Source: an uncultured archaeon (GTDB lineage: Archaea; Iainarchaeota; Iainarchaeia; Iainarchaeales; Iainarchaeaceae). Taken from it: a stretch of 32,000 nt of DNA. Position numbers and translations under genes: made by a program. This document shows, one piece after another, positions 1 to 7,107 of this stretch; position 1 is the first letter of the stretch, and each line of letters starts with the position of its first letter. The notes beneath the pieces are model-generated. The model was not told where the DNA came from and searched no databases. It saw only the letters and a program-made list of their open reading frames with translations. Where the stretch lies: the NCBI GenBank assembly GCA_964577555.1, contig CAZNZM010000006.1, positions 2,979-34,978 on the forward strand, in the 5' to 3' direction.

Positions 1-640
1 AATAGTTTTTTTTTAAGTCATTTTTTTTGTTTTTTTTGAGCCATTTTTTTTGACAATTTTTTTTAATTTTTTGTTTTGTTTGTTTTTGCAAGCCAAGTTT
101 TTTTTGTAGTCATTTTTTTTGTAATTAATTTTGTTTTTGTCTTTTGTTTTGGCTGGTTGTTTTTTTTGTTTTTTTTTGAATAGTTTTTTTTTAAGTCATT
201 TTTTTTGTTTTTTTTGAGCCATTTTTTTTGACATTTTTTTTAGATTTTTTTTTGAACTTTTTTTTTAATTTTTTTTGGCGAGCCATTTTTTTTGTCGTTG
301 TTTTTTTTGTGAGCTGTTTTTTTGGCGTATTTTTTTGTTTTTTTAGTTGATTTTTTTTTGGCAAACCACTTTTTTTTGTCATTTTTTTTGTTGGTTGTTT
401 TTTTTGTGTTTGTTTTGCGAGCCATTTTTTTTTAGATTTTTTTTGAACTTTTTTTAATTTTTTTTGCGAGCCATTTTTTTTAGACAATTTTTGTTTTTTT
501 TGTTTGGGTTTTGTTTTTTTTGTTAGCCGGTTTTTTTGTATTTTTTTTGTTTTTTTGCGACGATTTTTTTTGTCATTATTTTTTTGTTTTTTTTTTGATT
601 GGAATTTGTTTTTTTCTGCTTCGCGTTTTTTGAGCCAATA
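1..640 (+). repeat. T-tract array locus A, truncated by the window start. T runs of mostly 7-9 nt are separated by short words (AATAG, AAGTCA, GAGCCA, GCGAGCCA, AGACAA).
   Basis: Read directly. 1-55 is identical to 179-233. 240-293 is nearly identical to 433-481, differing only in T-run lengths and one G. 412-532 matches 22689-22793, and 466-532 matches 6785-6842. Confidence 0.9.
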
Positions 641-643
641 AAC

Positions 644-655
644 TTTATATATAAA
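644..655 (+). promoter_or_regulatory. TATA-box-like element (TTTATATATAAA) for the pilin-like operon
   Basis: An A/T-alternating box centred about 30 bp upstream of the ATG at 680. This spacing is typical of archaeal leaderless or short-leader promoters. It directly abuts the end of T-array A. Confidence 0.5.
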
Positions 656-679
656 TACTTCTTTTTCCATTTTAAAGTC

Positions 680-1240
680 ATGAAAAGTCAAAGTGGGCAG
701 GAATCCGCGGTTTTCGAGTTGTTGATAGCCATAATTGTAATGGGGTTTGTAATACTTATTGGCACAAATGCTCTTGAGACTCTTCAACAAAAAACTTGTG
801 AAGGTACTCTGAGCCAAAACCTTGAAGACATAAGAAGTGCAATAGAAACAGTTGTGAAAACCAAGGGCAAAGCCCAAGTAAGGTATGAACTTCCAAGTTG
901 TTTTAATCAACAAGAAAGTTCTTTGAGGATAATTGAAAGGCAAAGCGCAACTTTTTGCAGTGCTATTTGCGAAGGCACTATGAAAGAATGCACTGTATTG
1001 CAATTTACTTCGCCAGGATACAGCGAATCAAAATGTCTTCATATATCTTCTGCAACAAACTTTCCTGATGGCGAGCCTTGTAATAAGGACTTGCTTCAAG
1101 GAGGAAATTATAAAATTGTGAATTGGCGTTCCAAAGAAGGCATACTCCCTGGAAATTATATTCTTATGAGAGAATCATCTATTTTCCTTAAAAGCCCGGT
1201 TATTTGTGTTTATCAACGCGACTACGGGACGGTGAACTAA
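680..1240 (+). CDS. Type IV pilin-like protein with a class III (prepilin) signal peptide
   Basis: Internal ATG of ORF 599..1240. The N-terminus MKSQSGQESAVFELLIAIIVMGFVILIG has a short polar leader, a G-Q, and then a roughly 20-aa hydrophobic helix carrying an early Glu. The mature part is Cys-containing and secreted-like. The upstream part of the ORF lies inside the T-array. Confidence 0.7.
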   Translation: MKSQSGQESAVFELLIAIIVMGFVILIGTNALETLQQKTCEGTLSQNLEDIRSAIETVVKTKGKAQVRYELPSCFNQQESSLRIIERQSATFCSAICEGTMKECTVLQFTSPGYSESKCLHISSATNFPDGEPCNKDLLQGGNYKIVNWRSKEGILPGNYILMRESSIFLKSPVICVYQRDYGTVN

Positions 1241-1905
1241 TGCTTGGTTTCATTCTCAGCAAACTTAATTTGTTGATTTTGGTTACTTCAATATTTGCCA
1301 TAGTTTCATTTTTTGCATTAGGCCTTGGCGATATTACAAAAGTCAAGGAAGCAGGAGAACTTGCCACGAAATCTGTCGAAAAAGCCGCATCCATTGCAAA
1401 CAGCCCGGCTTCATGCGAAAGTTCTTATTTTCCTTTTCCTAGACAACTTAGGACTGCTGGAAGCAACTTCTATTATGTAGTAAAAATATCTAAGGGCGAA
1501 ATACAACGTGAAGGGAATAAAATTAATATTCTAATATTTGCAGTTTATCCGCGCGAAGAGGTCAAGAAAAAGTTTTTGTCATCATCTTATGTTCCAAAAG
1601 CAATTGCTGCTGACAGTTTCAGAACTAATTCAGATATATTTCTTTATGGGCTTGATTATCGCGGTTCTGGTTATATCGGGAATATAAGTGATGGTGTTTT
1701 ATCACCTCCTAACGAAATTTATATTGACCCACAAGCAGAGAACCCTATGAATGCACTGGTTTTGGTTAAAGAAGTTCAAGACGGCAAGAAAAAGTTTCAT
1801 GTTATTGGCTGTGAAGGAACAAGTTGTAACGCATACAAAACCCAAATAGGCAGTTTGGTTCATCCTGGAACTTCATTAAATCCTGAAGGTGGTTTTTTAT
1901 GCTGA
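1240..1905 (+). CDS. Pilus-associated or minor-pilin-like protein with an N-terminal hydrophobic helix
   Basis: The ATG at 1240 overlaps the upstream TAA (TAATG). The N-terminus is MLGFILSKLNLLILVTSIFAIVSFFALGLG. It is operonic with the pilin-like genes. I recognise no domain. Confidence 0.6.
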   Translation: MLGFILSKLNLLILVTSIFAIVSFFALGLGDITKVKEAGELATKSVEKAASIANSPASCESSYFPFPRQLRTAGSNFYYVVKISKGEIQREGNKINILIFAVYPREEVKKKFLSSSYVPKAIAADSFRTNSDIFLYGLDYRGSGYIGNISDGVLSPPNEIYIDPQAENPMNALVLVKEVQDGKKKFHVIGCEGTSCNAYKTQIGSLVHPGTSLNPEGGFLC

Positions 1906-2405
1906 ACAAAGGATTCATAGGCCCGGTTGGCGACGACATGCCTTCTCTTACGCCGTTGATTTTTGGCTTGCTCATGTTTTTTGGAGCCTTTACAACAGCT
2001 TTTACTTCGTTCAACCAAAGAAACTCGGATTTTTCTTCAGACATAGAAGTTCTGAAAATATCGAAACAATTGGAGTCAAATGGATATATTTACAGTTATG
2101 AAAACTTTCAGGATTTATGCAATCAAATAAATTCAACTAATATAAAATTCATGGCCGCCATAACTTCAGAAGCATTTGAAAGATCGAACAAAAGTACTAT
2201 TTTTGAAATAGTTTTTTATGGTACACCCAACAAATTCTATTGTACAAATTTTGAATCAGCAACACCAAATCCTGAACAATTCAAAGACATAATTGATATT
2301 CCAAATCTTTCTCAAAAAAAAGTGGTTTCAAGAGTAATTCCAATTGTTGTAGAGGATAACAAAATAGCTAAACCAATGCATTTGATGGTGATAGCGTGGA
2401 AATAA
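1899..2405 (+). CDS. Small membrane-anchored or secreted protein of the pilin-like operon
   Basis: The start overlaps the upstream stop (ATGCTGA). The N-terminus MLNKGFIGPVGDDMPSLTPLIFGLLMFFGAFTTAF has a K-G followed by a hydrophobic segment. This is a less canonical class III signal. Confidence 0.55.
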   Translation: MLNKGFIGPVGDDMPSLTPLIFGLLMFFGAFTTAFTSFNQRNSDFSSDIEVLKISKQLESNGYIYSYENFQDLCNQINSTNIKFMAAITSEAFERSNKSTIFEIVFYGTPNKFYCTNFESATPNPEQFKDIIDIPNLSQKKVVSRVIPIVVEDNKIAKPMHLMVIAWK

Positions 2406-3220
2406 AAAAAACAAACCAAAAAGGCCAAGCAGCGGTAACAGACGCTCTTTACTTTTTGATGATTGTTACTTTCCTTTCAATTTTTCTTTTCGGCTTCGGC
2501 AACACTTATGGAAATTCTGTAAGGTCTGGAATATCTGATGAAGCTGACACTTCGTTTGTAACCAATGCACTAAAATCCATACTTTATAGTTCCACTCCTA
2601 GAGATACAAAACAATCAATATCAGATCCAAACGTTGAAATAGATTCGTTGCTTGCATTAATAAAAGAGGATTATGCGGATGATGAAACCATAGGCTCGGA
2701 AGAGCGCGAAGTTTTCGCAAAAACAATTTCTTCAATAATGTCTCCAGTTCAAGATACAAAGGATTACATATTGACACTTTCAATACCTCCAGAATCGGGC
2801 AGAAGTTCAAAATACATATTCGTTTTCATTCATACTACAAATTTTTTGCGTGAAAGAGCATTTGACAAATATGGAAAGCTTCTTCCAAAAAGTTTTGCAT
2901 ACTATAAGCCGGATGAAGCCAAACCACACATTGATTATTTTTGCGGCTTGAATAATTCTGACTTTGCCCAAATCCATAATAACATAAAAAAATTGGTTGC
3001 TAATGTTGGACCTACTTCTCAAGCATCAGCATCAATAAAAATGATAAAACACGCTACTTTTTTGGAAAAATACAACGCCCAAATAGACCTTATAGTGTGG
3101 GATGCAACATGGCTTGGAAAAACAGACGACGTGGCTGACGGAATTTTATACGATTCTGACCCAAAATCACCTTATGCTGATTGGGGTTGTTTAGAAGCAG
3201 GGACGACAAAACTTCCATGA
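2396..3220 (+). CDS. Type IV pilin-like protein with a class III signal peptide (KGQAA motif)
   Basis: A GTG start overlaps the upstream gene by 10 nt. The N-terminus is MEIKKTNQKGQAAVTDALYFLMIVTFLSIFLFGFG, with a basic leader, KG/Q, then a hydrophobic helix. Confidence 0.7.
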   Translation: MEIKKTNQKGQAAVTDALYFLMIVTFLSIFLFGFGNTYGNSVRSGISDEADTSFVTNALKSILYSSTPRDTKQSISDPNVEIDSLLALIKEDYADDETIGSEEREVFAKTISSIMSPVQDTKDYILTLSIPPESGRSSKYIFVFIHTTNFLRERAFDKYGKLLPKSFAYYKPDEAKPHIDYFCGLNNSDFAQIHNNIKKLVANVGPTSQASASIKMIKHATFLEKYNAQIDLIVWDATWLGKTDDVADGILYDSDPKSPYADWGCLEAGTTKLP

Positions 3221-3240
3221 TGTTAAACCATTGATTTTGA

Positions 3241-3625
3241 AACAGTATTTTTTTTATAAGCTGTTTTTTGCGGCATTTTTTTAGACATTTTTTTTGTTTG
3301 TCTTTAGTTTTGTTTGGCTTTTTTGTTTTTTTGTTTGTTTTTTTTGAATTATTTTTTTGCTTGGTATTTTTTTGTTTGAAACTTTGTTTTTTTTGTGAGC
3401 CGTTTTTTTTATTATTGTTTTTTTTGTGAGTTGATTTTTTTTATTTTTTTAATTTAACTTGTTTTTTTTGAGCAGTTTTTTTTAGTTTTGTTTTTTTGTT
3501 TTTATTTGTTTTTTTTGGCAAATCTGTTTTTTTTGCCACCTATTTTTTTTAATTGAAATTTGTTTTTTTTTGCGAAAAAATTTTTCGAATTGTGATTTTT
3601 GTTTATTTTGCAGTTTTTTTGTTTT
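3241..3625 (+). repeat. T-tract array locus B, between convergent genes
   Basis: T7-T9 runs are separated by GCGGCA, AGACA, GTGAGCCG, GTGAGTTGA, GAGCAG, GGCAAATCTG and GCCACCTA. Same orientation as locus A. Confidence 0.85.
3573..3587. terminator. Near-palindrome CGAAAAAATTTTTCG, a candidate bidirectional oligo-T terminator
   Basis: It gives T5 on the + strand and T6 on the - strand. It is the first run of at least 5 T that a transcript of the minus-strand gene ending at 3626 would meet. Archaeal RNA polymerase terminates at oligo-dT. Confidence 0.4.
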
Positions 3626-4366
3626 TTACCTGTTTTTCCTTTTTCTGAATTCTGCTCCGCATTTCGGGCAAGTGTATTTCAAAGATTCCGCTTGGACTTC
3701 AACAGATTTTGCGCAATGGTCGCAGAAAGCTTCCCCGCATTTAGGACAATAAATGAGTTCTTCTGACTTGTTTCCACATCTCGGGCAAACATTGAGGCCT
3801 GTTTCTATTTCCTTGTCAACCATGTCAAATTCATCTTCTGACAAATTGTCTTCAAGCGATGAAAGTTCGTCTATCTCTGCCAGTTTTTGTAAATTTTCAT
3901 TGTCCGTATCAATATGTTCTATTTCTTGTGATTGTTCAACTTCTAAATCATCTTCAAAATTATCTTCATTTTGAATGTTTTCAATTTTTTCTTCGTCTTC
4001 AGTTTGTTCCAAAACTTTTTCTTTTTGTTTTTCTTGCCAATCCTTTTCATCTTTCTTTTTTTTTCTTTCTTCCTTTCTTTTTTCAAGCAAATTTTCTTTG
4101 GCTTCCGGCTTTTCAAACCCGCCTAAGTCTATATCATCTTCAAACTCGTTTTTTTCTTCTTTGTCGTTTTCGAATTCCTTTTTCAACAATTCATATACAT
4201 TTTCAGCCATTTTGTTTATCTCATCTTTATTTGGATATCTGTTGTTTTGTTTTACGAATTCGTCAACTTTGTTTATTGCTATTTGTGTGCTTCGTTCTTT
4301 AATTTCAGTTTCGCTTGGTTTTTTTCTATAGAATCTTTGCAGTCTTCTAGGTATATCTTCCGTCAT
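3626..4366 (-). CDS. Acidic/charged protein with a C-terminal double zinc ribbon
   Basis: The C-terminus is CPRCG..CPKCG..CDHC..CPKCG (8 Cys in CxxC pairs). The central region is E/D/K-rich. The start forms an ATGA overlap with the stop of the upstream gene 4363..6084. Confidence 0.75.
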   Translation of the reverse strand: MTEDIPRRLQRFYRKKPSETEIKERSTQIAINKVDEFVKQNNRYPNKDEINKMAENVYELLKKEFENDKEEKNEFEDDIDLGGFEKPEAKENLLEKRKEERKKKKDEKDWQEKQKEKVLEQTEDEEKIENIQNEDNFEDDLEVEQSQEIEHIDTDNENLQKLAEIDELSSLEDNLSEDEFDMVDKEIETGLNVCPRCGNKSEELIYCPKCGEAFCDHCAKSVEVQAESLKYTCPKCGAEFRKRKNR

Positions 4367-6084
4367 TTTGAAGTCACGCTCTCCTGAAGTATTTTTTTCA
4401 ATAGCATTGCGGATTTTGGCATTACTTTATAAGCTTCAATATTTTGCTTTTTCTGTTTTAGCTCTTTTGTTCCAAGTTTTTCCCTGAGGCTTTCAATGAT
4501 AAATCTTTTTGAATCGTTTATTTCTTCTTCTATTTTATCTTTTGTTTTGATTTGTTTTGATTCTTCAGCCTTCTTTTTTTCAATTTCTATCATTATTTTG
4601 TCAATTTGTTTAGTGTCTTTTTTCATGATTTCTGATGTTTCTATTTGTTTTCCAAGAGATTTCAACTGGTTTTCCTTCTCCTGAACTTGCTTTGTTTCTT
4701 CAACTTTTGAAGTATTTTGAATAATTTTCTTGAGTTCCATTATTTTTCCCAATTTTTGCGGCTCTATTTCAATTTTGTCAATTCTGGTATTTTCTTTTTT
4801 TTGTTCTAATTTTGTTGTCTTTTTAACAGGTTGCTCTGTTTTACTGGCTTCGATTTTTAAGTTTTTGGCTGGCTCTTCGCTTTTTGTTGTTTTTGTTACT
4901 TCTTTGATTATGTTTTTTTCTGAATCTGGTTTTTCAGTGTTTTTTGCGGGTTCTTGTATTTTTGTTTTATCAATTGTTTCTTGTTGTATTGGTTTTTTTG
5001 AAATCATTTCGAAAAATTCTTTTAGAATTCCTTTGTTAGGCTTTTTTTCTTCTTTTGGTTTTGCAATTTCAGCTAATTTTTCGGTTTCTTTTTTTTGTTC
5101 TTGAATGTTTTGTGTTTTGGCAGTGGTTTGTAAAATAGCTTCTTTTGTTTCTTCAAGTTTTTTTGAAAACAAATTGGTTTCTTTGGTTGCTTCTTTAACT
5201 TTTATTATGTTTAATTCCTTTTCTTTTTTTGTTTCTGGTTTCAAGATTTTTGGTTGATTAAGTTCAATTTTTTCGTTTTGTTTTGTTGCATTTTGGCTCG
5301 GTGTTTTTTGTGTTGTTTGTTTAATTTCGTTTTTTGTTTTTTCTTGGGTTTTTGTTGGTTGTATTTTAGGTTCTTCTTTTGGAGATTGTTTTTCTGTTGT
5401 TATTAATATTTGTTCTTGCTGATTTTTAGGTTTTTTTTCAATTTCTAGTATTGGTTTTTCCATGTTTTTTTGTGGTTTGTTTATTATTGGTTTTGTATTT
5501 TCTTTGATTTTTTTCTTGAGGCTTTCTGTAAGTTCTTCAGGCATTTCCGGTTTCGTTTCTGCAAGTGTTTCAAATGTTTCAACTTCTATTTGGTTTTCGG
5601 TTTGGTTTGACAGTTGCGCTGGGTTTACTGGTGTTTTTATGCCTTCAATCAATATGTCTTTTATGTAATCTTCTTCAGGTATTTTTTCCATTGCTTTTTT
5701 GACAATAAGGTTTGCGACTAATGCTCTTTTTGGCACTGAAACTATTACCTTGTTTTTTCCGAAGTATTTTCTTTTGATGGAAAAAATTATAGTGCCAGTG
5801 GCAATAGTGCATATTGGCGCTATAAAAAGCATTTCCATGAAAGTTATGTTGTTTGGAAAAGTCAGTGTTACTGCTGTTGCTACGGCTATGGTGGAAATTG
5901 TGAATCCTGCTCCGCTTATTATTCCCCACCCTGTTTTAGTTTCTGTTTCCAATTTGCGTATTTTTGGCCAGCCGGAGCGCAAAAAAAGGTAGCCGACGCT
6001 TTGTCCTCCGATAAGGACATATGCTGCTAAACAAGTTTCAATAGCAGTTGTAACAGGTATTGGTATCATGCCTGCACTAAACAT
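4363..6084 (-). CDS. Membrane protein with about 4 N-terminal TM helices and a roughly 440-aa K/E/T/Q-rich low-complexity tail
   Basis: 573-aa ORF. The hydrophobic N-terminal ~110 aa are followed by a long charged region of lysine, glutamate, threonine and glutamine. It is translationally coupled to the zinc-ribbon gene. Confidence 0.7.
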   Translation of the reverse strand: MFSAGMIPIPVTTAIETCLAAYVLIGGQSVGYLFLRSGWPKIRKLETETKTGWGIISGAGFTISTIAVATAVTLTFPNNITFMEMLFIAPICTIATGTIIFSIKRKYFGKNKVIVSVPKRALVANLIVKKAMEKIPEEDYIKDILIEGIKTPVNPAQLSNQTENQIEVETFETLAETKPEMPEELTESLKKKIKENTKPIINKPQKNMEKPILEIEKKPKNQQEQILITTEKQSPKEEPKIQPTKTQEKTKNEIKQTTQKTPSQNATKQNEKIELNQPKILKPETKKEKELNIIKVKEATKETNLFSKKLEETKEAILQTTAKTQNIQEQKKETEKLAEIAKPKEEKKPNKGILKEFFEMISKKPIQQETIDKTKIQEPAKNTEKPDSEKNIIKEVTKTTKSEEPAKNLKIEASKTEQPVKKTTKLEQKKENTRIDKIEIEPQKLGKIMELKKIIQNTSKVEETKQVQEKENQLKSLGKQIETSEIMKKDTKQIDKIMIEIEKKKAEESKQIKTKDKIEEEINDSKRFIIESLREKLGTKELKQKKQNIEAYKVMPKSAMLLKKILQESVTSK

Positions 6085-6113
6085 ATTTAAAGAACTTAAT
6101 AAATTATTGTCTT

Positions 6114-6653
6114 ATGCCTGTTTCAGTGTTTGAAGTAATATTTGGTTCTATTGTGTCCTTGCTAAAGGGAAGTTTTTTTGTTGCAATTCCTCTTTTTTTC
6201 TTGATTTTGCTTGGTTCGATCATAAGAAAAAAAATTGAGAAAGAACTCAAATGGAATTGGATTTTTAGCGCTTTTTTTACCACTTATTTTATATGTTCAA
6301 TAGGACTTATTTTTGTTTATTTTGTCCCGGTTATAGAATCGCTTCGCGAACAATCGCTTGGCGAAATACCTTCTACTGTTGCCATTTCCTTTGGCACGAT
6401 TGTTTTGGCATTTCTTTATAATGCGTTCAAAGTGTTTTTTTCAGCACTTGTTCTTTCTTTGCTTTTAATGCCGTTGGAACTTGTTGGTCTTTACATGCAT
6501 TCTTTCTTTTTGCAAAAAATGAAAAAAGCTCCGAGAATTTTAGTGTTGGCTCTTACTGTTTATGCAATTTCTATTTTTTCCTCTTTTGTAATTCTTTTTA
6601 TAATCCCTGAATCAGTAGTCGGTTTTATTTACTTGCTTTTTTTCGGTTTTTAG
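6114..6653 (+). CDS. Small polytopic membrane protein (about 5 TM), function unknown
   Basis: 179-aa ORF of hydrophobic segments separated by short basic loops. It is divergent from 4363..6084 across only 29 bp. No peptidase A24 (prepilin peptidase) Asp motifs are seen. Confidence 0.65.
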   Translation: MPVSVFEVIFGSIVSLLKGSFFVAIPLFFLILLGSIIRKKIEKELKWNWIFSAFFTTYFICSIGLIFVYFVPVIESLREQSLGEIPSTVAISFGTIVLAFLYNAFKVFFSALVLSLLLMPLELVGLYMHSFFLQKMKKAPRILVLALTVYAISIFSSFVILFIIPESVVGFIYLLFFGF

Positions 6654-6654
6654 A

Positions 6655-6985
6655 ATTTATTTTTTGCGTTGCTTTTTTTTTAGTTTAAAATAAATACAAA
6701 TTATTTTTTTGTCTTTGGCTTACTTTTTTTTGCGAAAGATTTTTTTTGTTGCTTCTTTTTTTTAGTCGGATTTTGTTTTTTTTGGTGAGCCATTTTTTTA
6801 GACAATTTTTGTTTTTTTTTGTTTGAAGTTTTGTTTTTTTTTCATTTTTTTGTGAGCAGTTTTTTGATGTTTTTTTGTCAGATTTTTTCTTTTTTTTGTT
6901 TTTTTGATTCAGAATTAACTATTTTTTGCGATACGATTATTTTTTTTGTATTTTTTGTCAAAAACTTTTTTGTTGTTTTTTGGTC
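6655..6985 (+). repeat. T-tract array locus C, between two + strand genes
   Basis: It contains the core copy GGTGAGCCA-T7-AGACAA-T5-G-T9-GTTTGAAGTTTTG-T9 at 6785-6842, matching 466-532. Same orientation as the other loci. Confidence 0.85.
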
Positions 6986-7107
6986 AATGCAAGAAATGCC
7001 AATAAATTTCCATGCAAACAAATAAATAGCCTGTAAACCAACTATTATTTGTTAAATAATTTTGATTAATTAATGGATTAATTAAATGTTTTTTTTGTCG
7101 TGGTTGC

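Noticed and set aside
1-640. CRISPR-like interpretation of the periodic arrays
   Set aside because: There are no constant-length repeats of 25-40 bp alternating with unique spacers. The units are homopolymer runs with 1-10 nt words, and no cas genes are in the window.
191-1003. 270-aa minus-strand ORF whose C-terminal ~140 aa are extremely Lys-rich (…KKTKKIQKNRLTKKTKPKQKK…), plus the nested 61-aa ORF at 240..425 starting MARK
   Set aside because: The Lys-rich part is simply array A read as AAA codons. The N-terminal part is antisense to the well-supported pilin-like gene (680..1240). The equivalent arrays at other loci do not preserve a long frame. A family of tiny MA[RQ]K-peptides starting at the recurring AAAATGGCTCGC word cannot be excluded, but nothing supports it.
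3570-4331. Plus-strand ORFs 3570..3752, 3753..3974, 3859..4302 and 3975..4331 (F/S/L-rich)
   Set aside because: They are antisense to the zinc-ribbon/acidic protein gene. Their composition is the mirror image of GAA/AAA-rich coding DNA, with no motifs.
4496-5992. Plus-strand ORFs 4496..4684, 4730..5104, 5462..5668 and 5699..5992, and minus-strand ORF 5675..5929
   Set aside because: They overlap the 573-aa minus-strand gene, are F/S-rich antisense artefacts or out of frame, and the long ORF explains the region.
6114-6653. The possibility that the 179-aa membrane protein is the missing prepilin peptidase
   Set aside because: It is too short and lacks the paired catalytic Asp / GxGD-type motifs of A24/FlaK/PibD peptidases, so it is left as an unknown membrane protein.
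6819-7025. 68-aa F-rich ORF inside array C
   Set aside because: It is a TTT-codon read-through of the T-tract array, with no start context or coding composition.
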